DNA of 64,000 nucleotides from Hyaloraphidium curvatum SAG 235-1 (taxonomy: Eukaryota > Fungi > Monoblepharomycota): contig JAIVFI010000010.1 in assembly GCA_025558095.1 (NCBI GenBank), positions 682,001 through 746,000 on the forward strand, given 5' to 3'. The notes beneath the pieces are model-generated. The model saw nothing but the letters and a program-made list of their open reading frames with translations. It was not told where the DNA came from and did no database searches. This document shows, piece by piece, positions 24,259 through 35,948 of the stretch (within the stretch, counting starts at the first letter, position 1; each line of letters starts with the position of its first letter). The translations under genes were made by a program, and so were the position numbers.

Positions 24259-25365
24259 CTAACGCGCAGAGCCACCGGGGAACGGTATGACGTCTCCCTC
24301 CCCTTCAAAGTACCCGCTGTCCTTGGGCGTCTCCAATTCTTCAGAAATGTCAGCGGACTGTGGCTGCGCGAGCCTCAGCTCTCCGTCCTCGAAGCAGACG
24401 ATCCATCCGGAGCTGTCGGCCCGCGACAAGTCGTCACCGGAAGGGGATTCGTGGGTATGCGGTTGGGTATCCAGGGCGAGCCAGGGGTGTGCGAGCGCGG
24501 CGGCTGCGGCGGCCCTGCCGGCCGGGTCGCGCTCGAGGAGGCAAGAGAGGAAGGAGCGCAGCGGTTCGTCCATGCAACTTGGGAATTCAGGATCAGTTGT
24601 TGCGATGGATGTATAGAGCTCCTCGAATGTCCGGGAAGACTGGAAGGGCGTCTCGCCGGTCAGCACCTGCCAGACGAGGCAGCCCAGCGCCCAGATGTCG
24701 ACGCCGGAGTCGTATGCCTCGCCCCGAACAAGCTCCGGGGCGAGGTAGTAGGGCGTCCCAGCAATCGTCGTCATCCCATCGGTCGTGATCTTGAGGACAG
24801 GGGAGTCCTCCGGGCTGCTGCCGGCCACGTCGCCCACGTGTGCCGAGCCAAAGTCGGCCAGGCACAGCGACTCTGCGACGAACGCGGGGTCGCGTACGAG
24901 CACGTTGGCAGGCTTGACATCGCGGTGTACTGTCCCGGCAGCATGCAGCTCCGCCAGCGCCTGCAGAATCGACCGGGCGATTCCCCGGGCCAGCGGCACC
25001 GGCAGCGGCCCGCGCTCCCCGAGGAAACACTGCAGGTCCGGCCCGCGGACGAGCTCCTCGACGATGTAGCCCTTGCCGCCGGCCGAGAACGCCTCGAGCA
25101 TGCGCACGAAGTGGGGGTGGCCGCGGTGGCGGTACAGTACGGCGGCCTCGCGGCGGAAGGCGCGACCGAAAGTGTCGAGGCGGTAGGCCTTGACAGCCAC
25201 GCGGGTCCCGTCGGGGCGCTCTGCCTCTCGAACCGAGGCCTGCGTGCCGGAGCCGATGTGTCGCAGCATCTTGAGCTCGGCGCGGCGGGCGCGGCCGGCG
25301 GGGCCGGAGGGGGGCGGCCAAATGGGGGGTGGCAAGGTGGGCGGCGCGTCGGAGAGTGCCGCCAT
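24259..25365 (-). CDS. Ser/Thr protein kinase (CAMK/ULK-like), intronless
   Basis: IGSGTQASV, VAVK, HRDVKPAN, DFG, GTPYYLAPE, DIWALG. Confidence 0.88.
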   Translation of the reverse strand: MAALSDAPPTLPPPIWPPPSGPAGRARRAELKMLRHIGSGTQASVREAERPDGTRVAVKAYRLDTFGRAFRREAAVLYRHRGHPHFVRMLEAFSAGGKGYIVEELVRGPDLQCFLGERGPLPVPLARGIARSILQALAELHAAGTVHRDVKPANVLVRDPAFVAESLCLADFGSAHVGDVAGSSPEDSPVLKITTDGMTTIAGTPYYLAPELVRGEAYDSGVDIWALGCLVWQVLTGETPFQSSRTFEELYTSIATTDPEFPSCMDEPLRSFLSCLLERDPAGRAAAAAALAHPWLALDTQPHTHESPSGDDLSRADSSGWIVCFEDGELRLAQPQSADISEELETPKDSGYFEGEGDVIPFPGGSAR

Positions 25366-26555
25366 GCGGAGATATCGCTGTGCGAGCGAGACGAGGTTGT
25401 TTCACGGCGGCAGAATGCTCGCCTGCCAGCGAGGGGTGAGGCGAAAAGGTCAGCGCTGCGTTTGGAAACCAGCGCCGCGGTGGCGGCCGCGTCACCGGAA
25501 ACGGGCGTCCTGTGCCCGGATGACGCTGGCAGCTTGACCCACCCGGTGTACGGTCGAGCTTGTTCGCCCGCTGCGGGCAAGATGGGGCGGCCGCACTGGG
25601 AGGTCGGATCTGTGTGTCAATGCTTTGGGTTGCGGCCAGCCGCACTGGGCCGCCAGTCCCTGTGAAACCTAAATGGCGAAGCGGCCGTTCCTGGCCGCGA
25701 GCATTTCATCCACTCGCCCCATTCAATCTCGGACTTTGCATCAATGCTCGCAAATCTGCTGTCCGGGACCTCGAAGGGCATGCAACGGTTGCGAGAATGG
25801 ACCGCCTTCGCGCTGGGAAGGTACAGCCAACCGAGCCTCGGGACCCCCGCTCGTTGGAGCCTGCAAGCGCACGGCAACCCCGCGGTCCCCGCCGCGCGCC
25901 ATGCCTACTCATCCGGCTCTTTAATGGTGCATTGTCGCCGCGCTGGAGCAGCTTCCACTTCGGAGACCCGACCGACCGCCGACTTCCGGGCGGAAACCGC
26001 ACCGCCGGGACCCGCATTGCCGACGACCATGCAGCACACTCGAGCCGTCCGCTGGTCTACGGATCGGGTGTAGGAAGACGGCCCAATGCTTTCCACGCCG
26101 CGGAGAGAGCCGTGGAGGGAAGGGAGCCGGCCGGCTGCACGCACATCGGGCGGGTTCGGGGGCCGTCGCAGAGCTCCGGATCGCTGCGAATATCAAGCGA
26201 GCGAAAACGACAACGGCCAATGAGATACCTCTCATTGGTTCCCGGGAACCGCCGTGATCTCCGGCAATGCCGCCGTCAGGATGGGTGGTTGCCCCTTCCG
26301 ACGAGCAGTCCCGCTGACGTCAGAGACGAAGCCAAACGCAGGTTAATGACCAACCTTCGCCGGGCCTCGGTTCGGGCCGACGGCCAACCTGCCGGACTGC
26401 ACATCAACGCACGCCGCGTGAAATGTGGATTGATCCAGCTAATCTCCTACGATGCCGCTTTTCGAGCGATTCGCATCCGCGCCTCCAGCAAGAAAGGAAC
26501 GTACATTCGAAAAGCAAGCATCCATATGCAAAGCATAAGCCTAGCCTCCGCTGCT

Positions 26556-28175
26556 TTAGCGCGAGCACCAACGGCGGCACCGGCACACGGGCTTCCAACC
26601 CGCGTAGGCACCCGGCCTTGGAGGGCCCACGGGGAGCAGGTCCGCGGGGCCGGGTCCTCCGTCGAACGGTGCCGGGGCCTGTTGCGCTTCGCCCTGCCCC
26701 GCCACGTCCAATGCTGCATCATCCTGCACTGTCGCATCCTGCGCTGGCGCCTCCGGCTGGGCCCCTTCCTCCTCCTGGCCCTGCGCGGCCGGCTGTCCCT
26801 CGTCGGGCTGCAGCACCCGTTCCCAGTCCTCCACTCGCCTCCGCTTCCCCTTCCCCTCGACAGGCACCTCCTCGTACCCGCAACCGTTATGCGCGGCGCA
26901 CCTCGGGCAGTACGCCTCCCCGTCCCTCGGACACCTCGCCCACCCCGCCTCTCTCCACACCCTCCAAACCGCCTCCTCCCTCCCGTGTTCCCCTCCGAAC
27001 GACCGCCCGCAGACGTGGCACAGATACCCAGGGCATCCGTGCGTAGCGCACCGCAGGCCGCAGGAGGTCCACGCAGGGTCGGAAGTGCGGGGAGCTTGGT
27101 TGCCGCACGCGGGGCCGACGAAGGCACACCTCGTGCACATGGCTTTGACCAGCCTAGCGGCGTCCTCGCGCCGGGCTGCCCATGGCGGGAGAGGGGTGTG
27201 AGGGCGGCCGCCCCAATCCGGCCCGCAGCGCCGGCCGCAGCATGGCAGCAAGAACGGCGCCAGGAACCCGCCCGGCAAGGCGTCGGGGTAATCCAGGGGG
27301 TACGCGTCGGCGGTACAGCCCGAAATGCAGAGGGTCAGGAGCCGGCGAGCGGGGTGCAAGGGAAGGAGAGGGGCGGGGCGGAGGAGGCGGAAGTGCCAGG
27401 GGTCGTCGTCGTCGGCGTCGGAGGGGGCTGGGGAGGGGGCACGGGAGGGGGGGCCGGTGCCATCCGAGCGCGGTTCGGCGTCGCGGGGGTCCCACACGGA
27501 GAAGGCGTCGGAAGCAGGGCCCGAAGCGCGGCCCGCGGCCGAGCTCGGGCCTTCTTCCGCGTCGGAGGACCCGCTCCTGCCCACGCCGAGCATCCAGGGC
27601 CTCGCCCATTCCACGAGGTCGTCCAACGAGGCCCACGCGACCCCCTTGCACCCCACGGCAGACAAATGCTCGAGGTTCCTGTTGCCGCACGCGGCCAGCG
27701 CGGTGTGCAGCCCGCGCCGCGAGATGCCGGTCCAGTCCAGCCGCACCGTGCGCACAGAGTCCAGAGCGGCGGGCGCGAGGTTGCGGAACAGGCTGACAAC
27801 GGTGGCGTCGAATACAATCGTGGGGCATGCGCCCCCTGCGGACCGCATCGAGCCGCGAGAAACGGGGACGCCCGGGGTCTGCGCACCGGCAAAGTCGATT
27901 GTGCGCCACGCCCCGTGCGCGGCGGTTTCGAATCCCTGCAGAAAAACAAGCCGCCGCAGCGCACGGCACGTTGACCCGAGGAGGAGGAGAGACGGGAGCG
28001 GCAGGGTGGCGACGAGGAGCCCGAGCACGTCGACCGGAAGGGCGAGCAGGGGAGCGTCCGTGTCCTCCGCCAGTGGGGTCGAACCCGAAGCGGGCGCCCG
28101 ATTTCCGGCATTCGGGAGGTCGGCAACGTTGGCAGGGGCTGCATCGGCCGGAGGCGCTTCCGAAGCGGGCTCCAT
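26556..28175 (-). CDS. F-box protein with LRR-like segment and Cys-rich C-terminal region
   Basis: F-box LLALPVDVLGLLVATLPLPSLLLLGSTCRALRRL; WRTIDF; several CxxC pairs in the C-terminal half. Confidence 0.7.
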   Translation of the reverse strand: MEPASEAPPADAAPANVADLPNAGNRAPASGSTPLAEDTDAPLLALPVDVLGLLVATLPLPSLLLLGSTCRALRRLVFLQGFETAAHGAWRTIDFAGAQTPGVPVSRGSMRSAGGACPTIVFDATVVSLFRNLAPAALDSVRTVRLDWTGISRRGLHTALAACGNRNLEHLSAVGCKGVAWASLDDLVEWARPWMLGVGRSGSSDAEEGPSSAAGRASGPASDAFSVWDPRDAEPRSDGTGPPSRAPSPAPSDADDDDPWHFRLLRPAPLLPLHPARRLLTLCISGCTADAYPLDYPDALPGGFLAPFLLPCCGRRCGPDWGGRPHTPLPPWAARREDAARLVKAMCTRCAFVGPACGNQAPRTSDPAWTSCGLRCATHGCPGYLCHVCGRSFGGEHGREEAVWRVWREAGWARCPRDGEAYCPRCAAHNGCGYEEVPVEGKGKRRRVEDWERVLQPDEGQPAAQGQEEEGAQPEAPAQDATVQDDAALDVAGQGEAQQAPAPFDGGPGPADLLPVGPPRPGAYAGWKPVCRCRRWCSR

Positions 28176-28646
28176 GGCGGCAGAAGTAGGTGGTGTCTGC
28201 GCAGCGCGGGCGTCTCAAATGACCTCGCTCATACTTCTCAAACCAATCTCTCACGGCCGATCAGACTGTTAACCAGTTCCAGGAGCCCATCGCTGGATCG
28301 ATACACCATCCTGTAATAGAGTGCCCAATTCGGGTGTTTCGCCAGGCCGACAGAGGAAAGGGCCGCAGAAGGTTTCGCCGAGGTATCGATCGCTCATGCG
28401 AGGGAATCCTCGGATGGAATCGCGAAGTTCCATCAATGTGGAAGTCCACCGTATCACTTATTCGCAACGCGAGGGAAGTGTTGCGGGGTGGGTCCCGTGT
28501 GAGCCAGGGGCACGTGAGCCTGTGACGCCTGCGCGCCGCTCGCAAGTTCGTCAGTCATTTTCTTTATTCCCCCGACGGCCGACAGCCTCCCACTTTCGCT
28601 ACCGTACTCTCCTGCACCCGTCCTCCGCTGGCTACATCTCCAGCCC

Positions 28647-29852
28647 TCACGGCATCCACACCGGCAGCCCCAGCGCCTCGGCGACCTTGACGAACGCGGG
28701 CGTCGCCTGGTGCGCCTCCTGGTCCGACGCCGGCGACACGGTGTTGAAGATGACCACCGTCGCGTCCCCCTGTTCGTGCCTCCCCACGGCGCCCCTGAGG
28801 CCCTGCAGCGACGGGTTGGTGAAGGTCCAGTTGGACCACACGCCGGTGCCCATGCCGTAGTACTTCTGCGGGTTCGGCCCGAAACCGAACCCGGGGTAGG
28901 AGAGCAGGGTCTTGAGCGAGGCGGGGGAGAGCACGCGGCCGCCGTTGAGCGCCTCCATCCACGTCCTGACGTCGTCCTGCTGGCATATCAGGTGGCCCGG
29001 GAACGAGATCCACTGCGGGTTCCAGAAGGTGGCTTCCTCGTACACGCCGCGCTCGGAGGTGTACGAGTGCAGGACGGGGTCGGGGATCGAGGGGTTCCAG
29101 GGCATGTAGGAGGAGGTCATGTTCAGCGGGCGGAGCCAGCGCGCCGTGATGAGGTCCTGGACCTTCTGGCCCGTCGCGCTTTCGATGCACAGGCCCTGTA
29201 CGCGAGCGCGTCGATCAGCAGATCCCACAAAGTGCTCTCCGGGGGCAACACGTACCAGGATCACCAGGTTCGTGTCGGAAAAGTGCCAATTCGTCCCAGG
29301 CTCGAAAAGCAGCGGCACACTGATTCCGTAGCCGACCAACTCCCTAGGATCCCATGTCCTGAAGGGGTTTTGGTAGAAGGCCTTCTGGAAGCTGTCCATG
29401 CCGGGAAAGTGCTCGATGCCCGACGTGCCGCTCGCCAGCATCCTCAGCGTGATCTTGTCGGCCTTGGGAATGCCCAGAGAGGGGACGAATTTCGCGACGG
29501 GGTCGTCGATGCCCAGCACGCCCTCCTCGGCGAGCTTGAGGTACAGCGCCGTGAGCAGGCTCGAGCCCACGTTGCCGCAGATGTGCCGCATGTCCGGGTT
29601 GGCGGGCAGGCCGGGGAGCGAGTCGCCCAGCCCGCCGACGGCCACGGGCTGCCCCTTGTGCCACACGCCGGCGACGAGCGCGGCGAGGGAGCCGCCGAAG
29701 AAGGTCTCGCGCAGGGCCGCGGCGACGTTCTGTGCGGCGGGGTGCGCGGGGGACACGCAGAGCCCGCGGTCGAACGCGGTGCCGGCCGGGCAGCTGAACG
29801 CCGCGGCGGCGCCGACGAACGAGAGGACGGCGAGGGTGAGCGAGAAACGCAT
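28647..29852 (-). CDS. Secreted beta-lactamase/penicillin-binding (serine hydrolase) fold protein with degenerate active site; intron 29196-29255
   Basis: Signal peptide; GVLGIDDPVAKF, ITLRMLASGTSG, LLFEPGTNWHFSDTN, LRPLNMTSS. 60-nt in-frame intron GTACGT...CTGAT...CAG. Confidence 0.85.
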   Translation of the reverse strand: MRFSLTLAVLSFVGAAAAFSCPAGTAFDRGLCVSPAHPAAQNVAAALRETFFGGSLAALVAGVWHKGQPVAVGGLGDSLPGLPANPDMRHICGNVGSSLLTALYLKLAEEGVLGIDDPVAKFVPSLGIPKADKITLRMLASGTSGIEHFPGMDSFQKAFYQNPFRTWDPRELVGYGISVPLLFEPGTNWHFSDTNLVILVRVAPGEHFVGSADRRARVQGLCIESATGQKVQDLITARWLRPLNMTSSYMPWNPSIPDPVLHSYTSERGVYEEATFWNPQWISFPGHLICQQDDVRTWMEALNGGRVLSPASLKTLLSYPGFGFGPNPQKYYGMGTGVWSNWTFTNPSLQGLRGAVGRHEQGDATVVIFNTVSPASDQEAHQATPAFVKVAEALGLPVWMP

Positions 29853-30311
29853 TGTCGAGGCCGTGATGGGCGGGCGGCGGGATGGTGGCCGGCGTGCTGC
29901 GCCGCGCGAATCTTCTACGCGGGCGGCTGACGCTGCGGCGGGCGGGGATTCGCCGGGTCCACCAGCTGTCGCGCCCCCTCACTCCAAGGCCGACCGATGA
30001 TGCGGGCCGGATGTGATTCGGCCGGATGGATGGCCCGATAAGCCAGCGGGGCCGACCCGCGCTGGCGTCTAAGGACGCTCTGGTCGGTCATGGTCGGTCA
30101 TTGGGTTGGGGGGCTTTGCTCAATGCGGGGCGCAGCGGCCGGCCAAGCCCATGGCGACGAACGCGCACCAGTACTTTCGGGGCTGAGCTTCTGGATATGA
30201 TACCACCTTAGTGCAGATGCTTCCTGTGGACTGCAATGTTGCCGGTGTGTTCAGGAGGAGATGGGCCGCCGAGCGACGCGAACCCGCGAGGCCGGAAAAT
30301 GGGAGACCCGC

Positions 30312-31172
30312 ATGACCCCGAAAAAGGAGCAGAAAGGCCCGCCGATCCAGCCGGACATTTCGAACGGCACGGAACGCGTGCCCGTGCCGGGGGAACTCCC
30401 GCAACCGCTGGACTTTGCCTACATCGCGCGTTCCGTGCTCGACCGACGCGATGAACCCGGACGCGCCGCCCGCCCGCCGATCCCGTTCTACCCCGGCTGC
30501 AGCTGCGGGCCGGGCCCGTGCGACCCGGAGGACTGCTCCTGCGCCGCGGAACACGGGTTCCTCTACTCGTCCGACGGGGTGCTGCTGCTCCTTGGCGACC
30601 GCGGCCAACAGCGGCCCCTGTACGAATGCAACTCGGCCTGCGGATGCTCGGCGGACTGCCGCAACCGCCTCGTGCAGCACGGCGTCTCGCGCAGGCTCGC
30701 GGTGCGGCCCGCGGACGGCAAGGGGCTGGGCGTGTTCGCCGTCGACCAGGTCCCCCGTGGCGGCTTCGTCTGCGAGTACGCCGGGGAGCTCGTCGCCCTT
30801 TCCGAGGCCCGATCTCGGCTCGCCGAGCATCCCGAGAACCACATCCTGGTGATCAGGGAGCACGCGGCCAACCCGGACGGCAACGGTTCGCGGTCCTTCG
30901 CGACGTGCGTCGACCCAACAAAGCAGGCCAACGTCGGGCGGATCCTCAACCACTCGTGCGATCCGAACCTGGCGGTGGTGCTGGTGCGCATAGACGGGCT
31001 CGCGCCCACGGTCGCCTTCTTTGCCTCGCGCGACATCGCGGAGGGCGAGGAGCTGTGCTGGGACTACGGCGCCGCCGCGGCGGGAGGTTCGCTCCCGGGC
31101 GCCCGGCCGTGCCTCTGCGGGACTGCAAAATGCCGCGGCAGGCTGCCGAGCCTGAACCCTTTCACGGACTAG
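30312..31172 (+). CDS. Histone-lysine N-methyltransferase (pre-SET/SET/post-SET; SETMAR/SUV39-like)
   Basis: Cys-rich pre-SET (GCSC...YECNSACGCSADCRNR), KGLGV, NHSCDPN, ELCWDYG, post-SET CLCGTAKCRG. Confidence 0.9.
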   Translation: MTPKKEQKGPPIQPDISNGTERVPVPGELPQPLDFAYIARSVLDRRDEPGRAARPPIPFYPGCSCGPGPCDPEDCSCAAEHGFLYSSDGVLLLLGDRGQQRPLYECNSACGCSADCRNRLVQHGVSRRLAVRPADGKGLGVFAVDQVPRGGFVCEYAGELVALSEARSRLAEHPENHILVIREHAANPDGNGSRSFATCVDPTKQANVGRILNHSCDPNLAVVLVRIDGLAPTVAFFASRDIAEGEELCWDYGAAAAGGSLPGARPCLCGTAKCRGRLPSLNPFTD

Positions 31173-31233
31173 CCCGCACTGCCCGTCCGAGCGATTTCCC
31201 TTGTATCTCGGGCCTCTGCCAATACATAACCGC

Positions 31234-34200
31234 TCACGCCCTGATCAAATTCTCGGGAAAGTCCACCACGGGCCAGGCAACGTTCCTCAAGATCTGCCCC
31301 GCGGCGCCGGCCTCCTTGTCCTTCCCCGCCGGGCGCGCCTTTCCCTCCGCCCCCGCCTCCCCGCTTGCCGCCGGGCCGGACGAAGGCTTGCCCGCCGCCG
31401 AGCCCTCGTAGAACTTGAGCTCGGCGGAGAGGATGTTTTTGAGGTGCGCGTTCTGGATCGGGGGCCACGTGGGGGGGCGCTTGGGCTCCGCGAGCTGCGC
31501 GGCGCGGAAGAAGGTGAGGAAGCCCTTGGGGTCGCGGTCGTGGACCAGGCGGTGGTAGGCGAGCAGGTACAGGGCATCGACACCATTCTGCACAGGAGTT
31601 GCTCGAGTCATTGGTGCTGCGATTATTGGCCCGCAATAGATCCCACCTTTGCGTCGGGTCCGGCTTCGCGGACGTAAGCCTCCAGGTCCTGCGTCGCCTG
31701 GTACCAGTACTGCTGATGCTCCTTGTTCCTCGCCTTCTGATCCTTCTTGAGCGGCGATCCCAGCGGCGGGTGCTCGCTGAGGTTCGACCCGCCCGGAGGC
31801 ACCCGCAGCTCGCCGCCCGGCTCGCCGGCGCCCACGAGCTGCAGGCCGCAAACACCGCGCAGGAACAGCGCCTCGTAGCGGGGCAGTAGCCGCCTCTCCC
31901 TCTCCACCAGCCTGTCCACCTCGGCCAGCGGCAAACCGTTGGCCTTGCCCTTGCCCGCCGGCACCAGCGCCCCGTCCGCCCCAGTCCCGGTCTCGCCCGC
32001 CACCGCCGCCCCCCTCGCAATCACGTTCCCCAGTTCTCCGTACGCCCGGCGGAACTTTTCCCATCCCCCCAGCTTCATCAGCAGCGAGCACGCAAACACC
32101 GCCTCCGCATCCGCTCTCGCCGGGTCCCGCAGCAGCTCCAGCGCCGGCGACGCCGCGGCCCCCTTCGCGGGCCCCTCGACCCGCCCGCGCGACTCCCACT
32201 TCCACAGCGTGTACTCGGCCGGCCACCCCGCGCACGTCTCCATGAGGTAGCACAGCACGGTCTCGGCCATGCGTCCGACCTCGGAGCCGTAGTACGGCTT
32301 GCGCTCCCCGCCGGCCAGCGGGGCAGCGGTGCCGCCCGCGGAGGGGTTGCCGCCCTTCCTGCTCCGCGCGCCGTCGCCCGAGGCCACCTCGGCGTGCAGC
32401 GGGGCCGAGGAGTAGACCGAGGCGTAGTAGCACACGACGGCGCAGACGAGGCACTCCGCGATGCCGGCGTTGCGGAAGGCCGAGGGGTCCGTGGTGAAGC
32501 CGCGGTAGTAGCACTGCAGGCTGCGCACGGGATCCTCGAACGAGAGGGCGATCCGGTGCGCCTCGAGGAACTCGTTGCGCGCCGCGGCAAAGGTGAGGAT
32601 GGTCTTGGTGCGCTGCTGCTGCGAGTTGAGGACCAGCGAGGAGAGCTGCGCCGGGAGCGCGCGGAGCAGCGGCGCGGGGAGCTGCGCCGACAGATCGAGC
32701 GGGGAGGAGAGGTTGGGCGGAGCGGTGGAGTAGTGCGTCGAAAAGGCGAGCGACGATAGGAGGTGCAGCGCCGACTGCAGATGCGGGTTTGCCGCCGCCG
32801 GCCCGCTCCCGGGCGTCGTGGCGGTCCAGCTCCCCGTCGCCGCCGACGACGCCGACCCGATCCCCCCCGGGGGCTGTGAAGGCGACTGGCCCCCGCCCGC
32901 TGCCGAGCCCGAATCCGAGTCCTTGAACCTCGACATGAGGCTGCGCTTGCCAAGCACCTGCTTGCCCTTTGCAGGCCTCTTGGCCCTCCTCGCCGCCCCG
33001 TCCGCGTCGTCCTCGCTCGACTCGGACGCCCGCCGCGACTGGCTGGGCGACCGGTACAGCTTCGTCTTCTTCTTGGTCCCCTCCTCGTCCGACGCCGCCG
33101 ACGGCGCCGCGGGCGTCAGTGGCGCCGCGACGGGCGCGGGCGCGACGCCGCTCCGCGGCGTCCCCGCGCTCCCGGGGAGCAGAGGCGGTTTGAGCGCGTT
33201 CGGGTTCCCCTTGGGCGTCTCCACCGCCTCCACCTTGCCCTCCCCCTCCTCGGGCGTCCCCGCCCGCGCCGCCTGCGGGAGCGGCAGCGGCGTCGGCGGC
33301 GCCGGCGCCAGCGTCCCCTTGCGTATCGGGCTCGGCGACACCACCCCGCCCTTCCTCGCCCTCCTCTCTCCCCCCTCCTCCCCCTTCTCCTGCCCCGCGG
33401 CCCCGATCCCGCCCCACCCCCACACCAACCCGCCCAACCACTCGGCCCCGCGCCCGCCCGCCCCGCCCCGCGCGCGCCCGCGGCCGACCTCGACGCTCTG
33501 CACCCCCGTGCCGAGCCATTCGGCGTGCATCGCCGCCGGGGCGGCCGAGGGGAACGGAACGAGGTAGCTGCCGATGTCGCCCGGGTCCAGCGGCAGGTGG
33601 CGGATCCACCGGCGGCCGGCGGGGTCCCATACCCCGGGCAGCGTGCCGGGCCCGGGGACGGAGAAGGCGAGCTGGTCCGCCTGCGGGGTCGCGGCGGAAG
33701 AGAAAGCCGAGAGGGAGAGGGAGGTGGGCGACAGCGGGGAGAAGGCGTAGGTGGATGGGAGGAGGAGGTCGTGCAGGGATTGAGGAGGGGTGGTGGGCAC
33801 GGGGGGAGGGGGTGCGGCGGCGGAGTACGGCCATGCGTAGGCGGGCTTGGCGGGGCCCGAGGGCGGGGAGACGGGGGATGTCGCTGCCGGCGCTTGCGCG
33901 GGTGCCGCTGCAGGCGCGCTGCTCGCGGGCGCCTGCGCGGCCTTGCTCGCCTCGGCCGCCGCGGCACCGGGCAACCCTGCCATCCCCATCCCCATCCCCA
34001 TCCCCGGATCCACCACGAACCCGTTCACCCACGCCGCCGACATCAGCCTGTCCGCCTGCCCCCTCTCCCCGTTCTTGGGCGCCGGCGGCCGCGCCAGCTC
34101 CGTGCTCTTGAGCAGGCACCCCAGCTTGGCCAAACCCCACGGATTCCCGGCCAGCGCCGACCTCGCGAACCACTCCCTTTCCTTGCCCGGTCCCGCAGCC

Positions 34201-35816
34201 GACTCCTCCGCCACCCTCCCCAGGATGTACGCCGCCCTCCCGTTCCCCATCTCCGCGCTCCTCGCCAGCCACGGCACCGCATCCTCCACCCCCTCGCCCC
34301 CCGGCCCGGCACCGTTGAGCAGCGCCAGCGCGTAGAACAGCGGCACCCTCCCCGTCGTCCACGCGCCCCCGGCCAGCATCGCCTCGAGCTCCGCCGGCCT
34401 CCCGGGGATCGTGCGCCGGTCAAGGGCACGGCACGCGAGGCGGACGAGGGAGGGGAAGAAGTGGCCCAGCGAGGAGAGCGAGTACAGCACGTCCGTGGGC
34501 ACCAGGTGGGCGCGAATCCCGCCGCAGGGAGACTGCGACAGCGCGGGGTCGGGGCGGGAGGGGTGCAGACGCATGGAAAAGGCGCGGGCCCATGAGAGCG
34601 CGTCGTACTCGACCTCGGCGCCGTAGACCTCCTGCGAGCGGGCGAGGAGGTAGCATGCCAGGGGGTTGTCGGGGAGGAGGAGGGAGAGGAGGCGCGAGGA
34701 GAGGGGGAGCGAGGGGGGGCAGCCGATGCCGTGGTGCGCGAGGTGGGACAACGTCAAGATTGCTGGAAAGGACAGAGGGTGAGGGACGAAAGGTGAGGAG
34801 AGGCCGCCCGGCTCACCTTCATCGCCGCGCCAGCCCCATTCGCCGTCCTCGGGCCGCACGATCCCGAAGCGGCGCACGCCCTCGGCCATCCAGCGCACGG
34901 CGAGGGCGTAGTCGACCTCGCGGCCGAAGCTGCCGTTGAGGTACCACAGCGCGACGCAGAAGAACATCTCCGACAGGAACTCTGCCGACGCGGCGTCGGG
35001 CGGCTCGTCGCCGTACGAGTCGTCCGAGCACGACGACGCGCCGTCCTCGGGGGCAGCGAGGTGCGGCGGCGCGACAAAGTACGTGTCGGGGAGGAACGGC
35101 GGCGGGTCGTAGAATGCCTCGATCAGCGCGTCTTCGACCTCGTCCGAGGCCAGCTTTGCGCGTGCCTGCGAGCCGGGGTCGACGAACAGCGTGCGCGTGG
35201 CGGCGGCCAGCGCCTCGAGCACCTCGGCGAGCGCGGGGCGCGAGCGCAGTGCGGAGGGGCCGTCGTCGCCGGGCGGGTCGGCGCCGGGGAAGCGGTCGAA
35301 CACGCGCGAGAAGAGGTGGCGCACGAGCGGGTTGGCGAGCAGCGTCGAGTTGAGGTCGAGCGAGACGGAGTAGGACTGCTGGGGGGCGGTGGAGGGAGTC
35401 GGGATGGCGGGCGGCGGTGCCCCGTTGGGCGCGCCCTGGGCGGCGTCCTTCGCGTCCTCCGACCCCGCATCCGCGTCCTCCATTTCTTTAGGCGAGTCCT
35501 TAGCGTCCCCATCGGCGGATTTAGGCTGATTGGCGTCCGCGGCGGCGGCGGCGGCGTGATTCGCCTCTGCGTCCGCGTCGGCCTTTGCCGCGACCGCCGG
35601 CTCCGGCAGCCCCCCGCCGCCCGTCACCGCGTCATTGATCGAAGTGATCGGCGTCGGCACGACGACCAGCGCGCCCATGAACGGCCACGAGCCCTGCAGC
35701 ACCGCGCCCAGCGTGAGCGACGGCGGCGGCGGCGCGGCTGCCGGGGCCGCCGCGGAGCCGCCCGCCGCCCCGCCCGCGCCCGCGGCCCCGCCGCCCTTGG
35801 CCTTCTTGCCGCCCAT
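31234..35816 (-). CDS. Large protein with Sel1-like repeats and low-complexity linkers; introns at about 34763-34816 and 31589-31645
   Basis: Sel1-like AVPWLARSAEMGNGRAAYILG and EWFARSALAGNPWGLAKLG. Last exon (NGVDALYLLAY...NLIRA) follows a GTGGGA...CAG intron. Confidence 0.7.
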
Positions 35817-35948
35817 CGGCGGGCGCTGTGGCCGCTGCCGGCCGAATCCGCGGTTGAAAACGCGCGTCGCGTCTGATCACAACAACGCGCGAATTGACCG
35901 CGAAGCAGGCACAAACCGGTCCCCCATCTTCGGATCTAGAGCGATTAA

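Noticed and set aside
25560-27974. 804-aa plus-strand ORF
   Set aside because: Antisense shadow of the F-box gene plus intergenic DNA; Arg/Pro/Gly-rich with no domain motifs.
30312-31172. SETMAR-like SET domain as a SET-transposase fusion
   Set aside because: The ORF stops right after post-SET; no mariner domain follows.
31600-34362. 1042-aa minus-strand ORF (31234-34362)
   Set aside because: Off-frame shadow of the Sel1-repeat gene; only its last 118 or so codons are real, as the terminal exon.
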